A stretch of DNA of 64,000 nucleotides, from contig NC_068988.1 in the NCBI RefSeq assembly GCF_001194135.2, positions 83,923,293 to 83,987,292 on the forward strand, in the 5' to 3' direction. The DNA comes from Octopus bimaculoides. Lineage: Eukaryota. The notes beneath the pieces were generated by a model. It had not been told where the DNA came from, did not search any database, and saw only the letters and a program-made list of their open reading frames with translations. The stretch's first letter is position 1; each line of letters starts with the position of its first letter. Below are positions 23,842-36,500 of this stretch, piece by piece. Made by a program: the position numbers and the translations under genes.

Positions 23842-26800
23842 CTGAAATGATAATGGAATATATTTTAGTGTGAAAGAGAGAGACAACAGCTGAATATTGT
23901 ATACCAGAGTCTGTCAAACAGCAGAAATGTAGCATACGGAGGGAGTGTAATGCCATATGTTAAAGCAGTAAGCGTAGTGAATGAGGAAGATCTGTCAAGG
24001 CTAATGAGAAAAAAAGGAAAACGTGTTGTATATGAAATGTTAACTTGTATGGGAAGTAGAGCTCAAGTGATCTGATAGATAGCTAGTGTCTGAGAGTATT
24101 AAAAGCCTGAGAAGAAGTGCATAGGATTGATGACAATTGGTATAGGATATTCAACGTGACTGGCCAATGAGTGATGAATGAATGAAAAATATAGCATTTA
24201 TTAAAGCAATACATGACTAGATAGTAGGTGTGTAGTGACAACAGGTCTACTGCTGTCTCCACACACCTAATAAGAGTCAAACAGTAGTGATTTTTCACCA
24301 TAGATTGTTACTACTGCCTTAACCTTTGTTGCCAGGTATCGTGTGAATGGTCGAGTGTGTGTATGTACATATTGATAAATAAAGGTATACATGCACACAC
24401 ATGCACATTTGTCCAGAGAGGGATGCATATTCCATTAATTTTAAAATCCTTTACATGAAACATATAGAGTAGTGTTTCTCAATCTTTTTATGCCATGTCC
24501 AACTTTGATATTCAAAAAACAAATGTACCTCATCATGAACCGACAAAGTAGATTTGTATACAAGTTTTATTTATTTGTCCCTTACTTATGCACCAAACTG
24601 AAGTAATTCATGTCCTACTTAGAGAAATATTGATATAGAGGGTAATTCTGTTAAACACCATATCTGTACCTACCTATGTGTGCATTTGTGTATGTATGTA
24701 TGTGTGCATTTGTGTATGTATGTATGTTTTTCTCCTTGTCTCCGTATTCTTTCTGTTGAAGAGCGTAGCTCGAAACGTCAAAGACTTTCCGTATTCCCGA
24801 GCGTCATACTAATATATCCTTTTGTTATTTACACCTCCTGTCCTCGTCTGTTGTTATTATTTGTATATTCTCCCATATATATATATATATATATAGTTAT
24901 AATAATAATAATAATAATCCTTGCATGGAATTTATAAATATTCTAATGCATCGCTATGTGCGTTTCCACAAATTACATATTTCTTAAGATTATAGTCTGT
25001 ATTCCTAGGATGATTATAGTGTAGTCCATGGTATTCATGGACATCATGTAGATCATGTTCATGCATTTAAATCATCCCAGGAATACAAACTATGATCTTA
25101 AGAAACATGTAATTTGTAGAAATGCACATTACGCATTAAAATATTTTTAAGTTCCATCTAAGGATTATTATTGTTATTACTACATTTATCCTACATAATA
25201 TCAGCACAGCTTGGTGCAACCTCAAAAAACTGGTATCGCCAATTGGCATCATTAGGCTGTAGCTAGCATAATAGAATAGGAGCTTTTATATGCATATTCA
25301 AAACATTTCCCATAAACGAACTTAAAGAATAAATATATATAGATACACACACACACACAATGATCATTTAAGCTATTTTCCCATGAAGCATGGGCCAGTT
25401 AGTACAGTGAAGCAGTCTTTCTGTGTCAGGTGGCTTTCCTGTCACCAACCCTCACTTGTTTTCAAGTGCAGTTATCTTCCAATCTATTGAACAGCTAACA
25501 GTCTGGACATGTTTTATGTGAGGAACTGAAAACAAACAACACTGCTTAAGGAGACTTTTGTTTGCAAAAATTGCACATGTTAAGACATGTGAGGAGGCCG
25601 TGATACCCTTTCATGGTGGACTGGGAGACAGCAATACAGGCAAGAACCACCCACTATATATATATATATATATATATATGATGATGGGCTTTGTCAGTCT
25701 CTGTATACCAAATCCTTCACAGATACTTGCCCAAAGTGACATATAGTGGGACTGAACCCGAAATCACATGGTTGGAAGGCGGATTTCTGTACCATGTAGC
25801 CATTCTAGTTATGAGTATATGTGTGTGTGCCTATATATATAACTACCAATCTGAAACAGTAAAGAGCAACAGGTTCACTGACACGACTCAAACCATTTAA
25901 CTATTGCTTACCAGGTAGTTGTATTACAGATTATGCTACCTTCCATCTCAATTTTTGGTGATATAAAGTATTACTGCTTTCTCAATTTTACTGCATTACC
26001 TCCTGTAAGTTATTTATCAGTTACTTAGCAATAGCAGGATAGTATGGCCTACTAATGTAAGTTCCGTGCCACAAACGGTGTTCCTGCTTTTCTGACTAGA
26101 AAATTAGGTAGGTAAATAAATGACAACATAAGGAGGGAGTAACATACAGGAAGGAGGGAAACACTTGAGTATATCAGCCAGTGTTTGGAGGAAAGTATTT
26201 ATAATATTTCAATCATCTCAGAAAAAGATAAAGGAAATACTGACTTTATCCAAATTCAAATGTAAGACTTACAAGATTGTAATTAAATACCACAAGGTAT
26301 TTAGTTGGACATTACTGATTTTGAAGCAACACTGTTAAACAAAAAACACAGTATTGCTGTTGAAATAATAAAGCTTCACTATGTATCAGAATGACTACAT
26401 GTGTGAAAACAGTGGATTAGGGTTCTTTATGTAATACAGACAGAAAATAATAGTGTGAAGATAACAGATTAGGTTTCATTATTTATAACTTTATATAAAT
26501 AAATACTCACAGAATGAAAGTAAACATACTTTATTATTTCACAGCAAAGATTAGTTTGGGGGATTCAATGAGAATATGCGAGCTGAAACTGGAGCATCAT
26601 GATTTCAAACCTATTTAACAAATTAACAAGAATACGTGGTGAATGTGCTCACACCAGCCTATATGCTTACATCAGATGTGTATTGTAATGTTTTACACAG
26701 ACACAAAGTTGGTTTGTATATTTGGTTGTGTGTGTCCTGTAATTTCCTATTAATCACATACCATAATTCTTAACTTCAGCAACAAGACCGGCCATTATAA

Positions 26801-29800
26801 ATTTGACACTTAGAAATTTTTTTACTAAAATGTTACACTTGTTAAACTGGAGGGATAAACATTTTGGATTAAATTGGGTGGATTACCATTGATGAGAAAG
26901 CAAAGACTTTACCCACTGTTATAATTGTCAGTTAATTGAAACAATGCATAATATGGAAAAAATAAATAATTAAAAAGCTTTACTTACATATACATCCAAC
27001 AAGCCGCATATCAAATAGTGATGGTACAAGGTTGGGTTCACCAGAAGTCCCTTTTCCCCTTTTCTTCACATTCATTTCAAAAGGATCCTAGAAAGGAAAA
27101 TGAGACAGATGCCAAATGTGTAGGCATGATACACATTGCTATAACTGATTTCAGCCATATAGTTGTGACTATAACCTGAGGCAACATATATACAAACACA
27201 TCACATACAAATTATATATTAGACAGTCACACAGTAATGTGAATCACATTATGCAATTACACACATACATGTATTATTACCATCATCGTTTAACGTCCGC
27301 TTTCCATGCTCGCATGGGTTGGACGGTTTGACTGAGGAGTTGCAAGCCAAGAGGTTGCACCAGGCTCCAACCTGACCTGACCTGGCAAGGCTTCTACAGC
27401 TGGATGCTCTTCCTAACGCCAACCACTCCGAGTGTAGTGAGTGCTATTTATGTGTCACCAGCACGGAGGCCAGTCAGGCGGCACTGACATCGACCACACC
27501 CGAATGGTGCTTTTTACGTGCTAGTCAGGCAGTATTGGCATCGGCCACAATTTCACTTGACTCAACAGGTCTTCTCAAGCACACGTATATTAGTATGTAT
27601 TCACACACACACCTCTACATCTGCATAACATGTCACTTTTTGAGACATGTTCCATGCCAAGTGATGGATACGTAGACATTAAGTTTTTCCCCTTGGCATA
27701 ATATTTAACTGTGTATGTATATATACTTGAAAGATTAGGAGTTATATTGAATTATTTCTCTCTTTTCAAATCCTACTGTTTTCATATAGATGTGTGTACA
27801 TGTATGAGTGTATGTATGTAAGTGAAAATAAACCGGAAGCTTGTGAATGTCCAAAGATAAGGACAAACTCAGATGGAAAGCCACAACTTGAGATTATAAA
27901 CCTGAACATTAGATATTTACTCTAACAAAAGGTACTAAGTTTTTTTAATTTGCCCATGTTTTACAATCTGTATACATATATATTTACATACATGTGTGTA
28001 TGTATACTCACTTTTGGTGTGAACATTGCTTTAACTCTCTTATGAATTCAGTAGTAAGAATTGTTTTATACAGTTCAAATAATTTTCAAAATAATAAAGG
28101 ATTTGGGTGGGTTTAGTAAATATACCTATATATTATTTATTGGGATATTAAGCTGTTTAGAATATCTTTGAAAGACGAGTGTTTACCAACTGAAAATCGT
28201 TATTGTTCATACAATTTTTGCAGACTCGTGTAACAGCAATTGTGGTTTTCTCACAATTAATTCCGGCATTTTTTTACTTTTCTTTTCAATTTATTATAAA
28301 TCCTTTTCTAGAAACGCCAACAGTTGTAAGGCTATGATACGAAAATACTGACAACATACAAGTTGAAAAGCTTGCTGCTAAAGCTAATATGAGCATCAGC
28401 AAGGGACATAACTCAGACAAAAATGAGTTCTAGTCCTTGATTCATAATTTATTAAATCATTTATTTCGTATATTTATCTTTAAGTGTGATTGTATACGTT
28501 ACAGTGACTCTAGGTTTGCTTTGATCTGTAATCAAACGCTTCCTGCTTTGAACGACTCCACACAGTTTTCAGGTAAAGTTACTATAAGTCATATGTCAGT
28601 GTGACCGTCTCGTTTTTATTATTATTATTCTGTGTCCTTCAATTTTTTTAGATGGCAGTGTAATTTGAAGGATATTTAGCTGTTATTTCTAGTAGGTACA
28701 GGTGCCTTCATTCATTGGCTGTGTGGCACAGGAGCTAATGTACTGACCAAAATACACCACTCTGCTTACACTAGATTACCCGACTAGCAAAATCGGATCT
28801 TTCTGATTTGACGGGCACCACTTGTTTTCGTTAAGAAACACTTTCAAACTTGGGATACTGGTAGAATGTGTCATATAAAACAACTTTTTCTCTTAGCCTT
28901 CTTAACAAAAATTTGTACATCGCAAGTTATTTCATGTTAAAGTTGTATTTCTGTAATTTCAATCAATCACTGACATCTATTCAGCTGAATACAGTTACTG
29001 CTGTTTTTGTAAACAATAATTTTTCGCCGGTGTCAAGAGAGGGTTAGGGTTATGGTTATGAGTTATAGGGTTAGGGCTATGAGTGAGGTTATGGCAAAAG
29101 TAATCATAACCCTAACCCTAAAGCTAAAACCAGTACAAACGCACGAACGATGTCATAAATAACAGTACCGCCGATAGTTGTTGTTGACAAACAACGGCAC
29201 TAATTTTATTCAAGGGAAAAGATCCCATGACACCGTTAGAATATGTTGTTTACATTCTACGGCAGTAATTGTTTTCACCTCAATAGACGTCAGTGATTGG
29301 TTGAAATTACCGAAATACGACAATTTTTTACATGAAATAACTTCGAATACAAACATTTTTACCATTATTTACATTATTTACATTTGACGGATATTTGTCC
29401 TCATCTTGTTTGTTGTTAACACAACGTTTCGGCTGATATACCCTCCAGCCTTCGTCAGGTGTCTTGGGGAAATTTCGAACCTGGGTTCTCATTCCTAACG
29501 ATGTTACTATTATTATATTATTATTATTATTATTATTACTATTATTAATCAGGTCGCTGCCGTGAATAGAACTCGGAACCTTGGGGTTAGTAGCCCGCGC
29601 TCTTAACCACTACGCCATATGTTCTATAACACAAAATATACAAGTATACGAAGTTTGAAAGTGTTTCGGTACCAAAAACACTACATAAAACATTAATGGA
29701 AAGTGTTGCCCATTATTTAAGTGTTGTTGTTTGTTTCTTCTCGAAACATGAATGACTCACAAGGGCCGGTTTCATTGGCGTACAGGTTCCCCACTTGGAT

Positions 29801-32800
29801 GGGACACCGGTCCGAACTGGAACGTGGAAAGAGTGAGAGAAAGTTGGGGCGAAAGAGGCAGCAGAAGTTCGCCATTATCTTCTGCCGGAGTTGCGTGGAG
29901 CTTAGGTGTTTCGCTCATAAACACACACATCCCCACCGACCCCAGCCTAATCCATTTCTTTCCTTCTATCTCACACCTCCTATTCAGAGTGAAACACCGG
30001 CGGCATATAAACAGACCAGCCACCCGCTTTATCGTAAAAGCAATTCCCACCCCACTATTGGTTGGTGACCAAACGGTCACCAACTTCAGGCAACTGAAAA
30101 CTACACCGAATTAACACGTGCAACATTCTATCTAGTAAGGAGTTGATATTGTTGTGAGGAGCTATTGATGTCCACCACCAATACATATTAAGACTCGAGT
30201 CATAAACCAGGGGTCGGGATCCAGGATCTTTTGCGAGGCTGTTGCCCAAAAGTTTCTTTAAAAAATACCATATGAGGTGGGAATCGAAATTCATAACAAA
30301 TGGACCCATTTTTATGTATTCTTTGTTGTAGCAGAGCATATGCAAAGGGTAATGGTTTGAAACTGCTGGAAATAAAATAACAATTTTATTATATTTAGTG
30401 TTGGCTCGGCTAGAAAGTGTGTTGCCGGGACAACTAGGGCAACACCCCTGCATCCGCCACTGTAAACTGCCACGAATGATGTAATACGGGAACGAAATAG
30501 CATTGAATTGTAGCAGACAATACAGAAGGAGATATTTGTACTCCTACGTGTAAACTGTAAATTACTGCTTACTCATGTTGTTTTCAAATTTTGGAACAAG
30601 GCCAGCAATTTCGGAGAGGGAGGCGGTCGATTACATCGACCCCAGTTGTTGGCACTCCGTCGCTTACGACGTCGAGGGTTCCAGTTGATCTGATCAACGG
30701 AACAGCCTGCTTGTGAAATTAACGTGCAAGTGGCTGAGCACTCCACAGACACGTGTACCCTTAACGTAGTTCTCGGGGATATTCAGCGTGACAAGGCTGA
30801 CCCCTTTGAATTACAATCGACCCCAAAAAGACGAAAGGCAAAGTTGACCTCGGCGGAATTTGAACTCAGAATGTAAGGATGGACGAAATGCCGCTCAGCA
30901 TTTTCCCCGCCGTGCTAACGATTTGGCTAGCTCACTGCCTTCAAACTGCTAACCCATATTGACCACTAACAAACCAGCTAACTGGAATAAAGGACAGCTC
31001 TGTCCATTATTCCAGACATATTTAAAAAATAAGGCAACCACCGTCAGCTTTTCAACCATTCATCTTAACCAGAAAATGGTAAGAAGCCTCTCTGACCTAT
31101 TCGAGTGCTTTGAATATTTTACTTCACTTTCCCAACCCCTACTCCGAACCTACCCCTAATCTACTCCACATATAACCTTGGCCTACATAACTCCCATTCA
31201 GTCTGTATTTAAATGATCATTTCTTCCTTTATTCATCGATTTGCCTTATCGTCTGCTTATTATCTATTTATCAGGAACTATCAATAAAAACACATTCACT
31301 GATTCTTTAATGCTGGTTCTCTCATTCAATTTATTCTATTCACTCCAGTTTATCTATTCACTTATTCGGTTATTCCGTTATTTATCTAAGATACTCTTCT
31401 TCCCCCTCTCCACCCCGTTCAGACATTTATCAATGAATGTTCTGTTCTTTTCTTTTCTTTTCTACTCAAGGCACAAGGCCAGAAATTTTGGAGGAGGGTG
31501 AGGGGAGGGGGGCAGCCGATTACATCGACCCCAGTGCGTAACTGGTACTTAATTTATCGAGACCCGAAAGGATGAAAAGCAAAGTCGACCTCGGCGGAAT
31601 TTGAACTCAGAACGTAACGGCAGACAAAAAATACCGCTAAGCATTTCGCCCGGCGTGCTCGCCAGCCCGCCGCCTTCATTTATCAATGAATATTAGACGC
31701 GTCTCCCGTTTACCTACAACTCATGTTTTTGTTTTGTTTTTATCTTNNNNNNNNNNNNNNNNNNNNNNNNNNNNNNNNNNNNNNNNNNNNNNNNNNNNNN
31801 NNNNNNNNNGGGGGGGGGGGTCGTTCGACCAATAATAAACACATGTACTAGTTCTATTTCACTTCTTTTATTTTTGTTTGTCAATTGGTTAACTATTTAA
31901 CCAATTAACTATTAGATTGTTTGATTAGTCGTTCGATCAATCAATCAGCTTCGTCAATTGAAGAGTGACCAACCAAAAGCAATGCAGGAGATGGAATTCT
32001 GGAGACAAATAGTTGATGGTGTTCGTTTGCGAATGATGCGGTAGGTAGGTAAACAACAGGAACGACAGATATAAATGTTTCCAACTAATGAGAAATCTTC
32101 TAAATCATAAATTCCCAATGTTTTCTATCTAATCAGAAAATAATTAAATTTATGTCACTGCCGACACACTATTTTTAAGATAGCGTGTTAGCACTGCCTT
32201 TAATACCAAAGAAAGAAAAATAACACTAAATAGATTGAGCGATGCGATTTTAACAACTGCTATAAATGTATCAATTATAATTATATTTTAGTATAAATTA
32301 GTGTTGTGGCATTAATTGTATACAATATATTCTATAATCATTACTGGTATCATTATAGTTTTATATCTTGGTCAATTCAAGTGATTTGGTAACAGCTTTG
32401 ATATTAATTTGACGTGTGTGCGTGCGTGTCGTAGGCATTTTCTGCTTCGCTAATCTTTAGCATTATATTTACATCCGCTGGGTAGTTGTGTTCCACAACT
32501 CTACATAGCCCCTCTTCTTTATCCCAAATCACTATGTCAAGTCTATTATGTATCAGGGACATTCCACCAGCGCTCTTTTTACTATGAGTGGCTATGGCTT
32601 CTACCATACTGTGGGATTCTTATTTCTTTGGACTTAGGCTTATCCTGCCAATGGATTTCATTATATAGTGTCTTAAGATATACCGTCATGACATTATATA
32701 TATATATATATATATACACATATATACACATATACATAGCATATAGGCATGGTAGCTTCTGTACCCTTATGTATAAGTGTATCCTCTCTCTCTTTCTTTC

Positions 32801-33491
32801 TATGTGTGTGTGCGTGTGTATGTGTATGCGTCTACGCGCGCGTATATTTGTGTGTGTGTGAGATTTTAGCGTCTTTCGTCTTGTCCAAAGAAAACGTTTT
32901 GCCTGTTTTGTGATTATGACGTCATAATAGCGATAACGTTTCTCGGAGATTTTCGTTTCAAAAGTCTTCAGTCTCTTTCAACCTTTCACGGTGATTAGAG
33001 GCTAGGGAATGTGTGCGCCAGGGGACGTACCCAGGCAGTGAAGACTAGAGTGAAGTGAGAGTCATCTTCAGCTTGTTTTCAGTGTTTGTGGGGATACTTT
33101 ATGCACCCTTAAGTTCTTAAACACCCAATGTAACATGCTGGTTGGTCGTATAACATAGTTACAAGGTGTACGGTAGTGTCGCTGGGCGATCTTTCGATAC
33201 TAATTCTTTTTGTTTCAGCGTTTGTTTACATCAATTCGGCATTTTCCGTAAGGGAAGAGTTTCTTTGCTCTATTAAGCAGCAAACAGCAGGGACAAAGAA
33301 AAAAAGCAAACATAAACACACTCTCTCTCTCTCTTTCCCTCTCCCTTAAAAACATATGTCAGTTATCTCTCTCTCTCTCTTTCTATATATGCATATATCC
33401 ATACATATATGTACATACCTACATCTATATGTATACATATGGGTACAGGGCATCACAACACAAAAAAAAACGTTAAACTATATATATATAT

Positions 33492-33540
<49 letters not shown>

Positions 33541-36500
33541 CATACATACATATATACACACCAAACTTTATATCATTACCTCTCTCCCTCTCTCTCTATA
33601 TATACATACAGATAGTGAGATAGAGAGAGAGTATGTTTATGTTTGCTTTTTTTCTTTTTCCTTGTTTGCTGCTTACCACAGCAAGTCTTAGCATACCAAC
33701 ATCAAAAGAAATCGCGCCCTCTATCTCTTTCGCGTCCTTTCCATCTTCCCTTACGAAAACTGCCGAATTGATGTAAACAATCCCATGTGGTCGCTTTGGC
33801 AGTTACCAAATTAGTATCGAAGGTATGCCTAACCGTATGAACTTTTAGCCAGGCGATTCCAGTGCAGGAAACCTGGGGGGCCCAACCAGAAGCATTCCTC
33901 ACTCACCGTACATTCCCGCAGAATAATTTATCCTAAATAATTCTGTGACAGCAAAGAGAAATAACAATAACGTTAAATAACAAACAAAATGATAAACAGG
34001 AAATGATTATCACTTAAATAATTCATGCGTATATCAACAGAATATAATTATGAATATGGTGAGTATTTTAATAAGAATTTAGTTTGTTACTTTCAAAATG
34101 TTTGAGCATCTTTTCAATTTACTTCTATAATAAAGCAACATTTATTCTTCATTTGATGAACGTGGTATTTTAATTAAAAAAATGTCTTGCTTTAAAATGT
34201 CTCAACATTTCAAATAATTTTTGTAATAAAGCAACATTTATTCTTCATTCGATGTTTGATATATTACATGAACATGGAGAGTATTTTTTAAAAATGTTTT
34301 TTTGCTCAAAATGTCTGGTCATTCGACGTTCGATATCCTGCACCAGATTGGTGAGTATTTTAATAAAAATAAGTTTTGCTGTTAAACGTTTGAGCTTTTT
34401 AAACAAGTTTTTTGGATACCAAAATATTTATTCTCCATTCGATGTTCGATATACTGCACACATCACTATTATTATAACATGACAGCAAGTGTATAATTTG
34501 CCTTGGTCTCTTTGTGTTTATGTTGCAGTGTATGTTTGTCAGTCTCCATCACTCATTTTCTCTCACTCCTCTCTCTCTGGATTTCCGATTTGAATCTGTC
34601 ATCGACATCTTTCAGACACGCATTTTATTTTTGTTTTTCTATCTATCTATTTAGCTAGCTAGCTATCTGTCAATCTGTCTTGTCTGTCTGTCTACATGTC
34701 TATCTACCTCCCTATTTCTGTCTGTTTATGTATGTATGTATGTACGTGCGCGCGCGTTCATGTGTGTATAGACGTTTGGATGGGATAATACCTCTGATGA
34801 GGAACCATCTGCTGCTCTTTGGATAGTTCGTCCGCTTTGGTCCTCACCTGACACCTAGCTCCCAACTGTGGCTCTTCGAAACTGTGCATACAACAGCAGC
34901 CACACCCCGTCCAACGGCTTCCACAGGCCGGCTGAACCATGATGAGGATAGACGACAGCTTTCAACCCTCGGTGATGCATATGAAAACTGGACCCGGTGG
35001 ACTGCACAAGGAAAAGCACAAGATATATTCAGCGGGCAGGAGAGCGGACCAGCAAGCGTTGCTGGAGCGAACAGGGTACAGTGAAACACAAAAGAAGCTG
35101 CGGCTATCCATTGCATCCCAACTTATCTCTAGTCGTCTTGACTCCGTTGCAGTCCTGGAGCGATAAGCAAATGACAAAGCAGCAGGTATGGATGCACAGG
35201 AAACTGTAAGGCGGACAAGGACATAGGGTTGCTCTCCGTTACTGAAGCAGCAGTGGAGTTCGGCATTCTCGTGGATGTCTGAGGATTGCCCTCTTTAGGA
35301 TTGTTCTGCGCATCTCCTATGACCTGAGGAAGGAGCTAGAAAAGGTGCCCTAAACATGGACCTCTTCACCTTACCCTGGCCTGCATCCTGCGCCAGGCGA
35401 GGATCGCAACCATGTGGTCGAAATAGAAAGACGAAACTGGTGACATCGCTCACCATTGGCGCATGGACTGTGCGAACATTCTGGCACAGCTCCTAAGCAA
35501 ACAGACCTGTGAGACGGACAGCGCTTGTTGCAAGAGAACTCGGCAGGACAAAATCCACATTGCAGCTCTGAACTAGACCAGGCTTGCAGGCAAAGGTCAG
35601 TGATTGAGGTCAAAACCGGCTATACCTTCTTCTGGAGTGACCATAGCAGCAACCAACGTCGTGAAGTAGGAATGTGTTTTGCCATCAGATCTGGTCTGAT
35701 CAGTAAGCTAACCATTCTCCTCAAAAGACTGAATGATTGATTTCAGTCTCCCACCGCAGAGGAAAGTGCCAAGACACCATCATCATTACCTGTGCCCCCA
35801 CCATGACTTTTACGAAGACTTGGAAGCCCCCATAGCAGCTGTGCCTCAGGAGGACAAACTCGTCGTTCTCGGCGACTTCAATACCAGAGCTGGTACAGAC
35901 CACTAGACATGGGAGGGAGTCACTGGAAGAAACGGAGTTGACAAGAGCAACAGCAACAGTCATCTACTACTGAAAGCCTGGGCAGTGCACCGTGTTTCGC
36001 TTGCCCAACGCCAAAATGACGTCTGAAGGCATCCATGCTGCAAACATTAAGACGCGATAGGCTGGATGTTTGGATGATGAAGGCCATGTGTGACACAGAA
36101 TGCAAAACTCGACATGCACATCCAGCCCAGGCGGCGACCACAAAGGAAACTGGCAAACAAGCCACTAAACATTGGCAGATTGGGATGACACAATGCGAAA
36201 CAGGACCTCAGTGAAGACCTGGGCAACAAGTTGAGCCAAATAGATATTGGTAAAAAGGGAGTAGAGGAGGACTGATAGTAAACTATTCAACCTGCAGAGA
36301 CAACAGGCCAAAGACAAGGCAGAAGAGGACTCAATGCGTGACTTCCTGTTTGCAGACAACTGCGCCCTCAGTTCCACCTCAGCTGCACCAGAATATAAAT
36401 CGATCTTCCACTGATTGCAACAACTTTGGCCTCACAGTCAGTACTCAGAAAACAGAAGTCATGCGCCAACCTGCCTCGCAGAAACCTTATGTAGAACCAG

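Noticed and set aside
34793-34885. CTGATGAG ... CGAAAC in the RTE 5' region
   Set aside because: No convincing stem II, stem III or NUH site can be paired, so not called a hammerhead.
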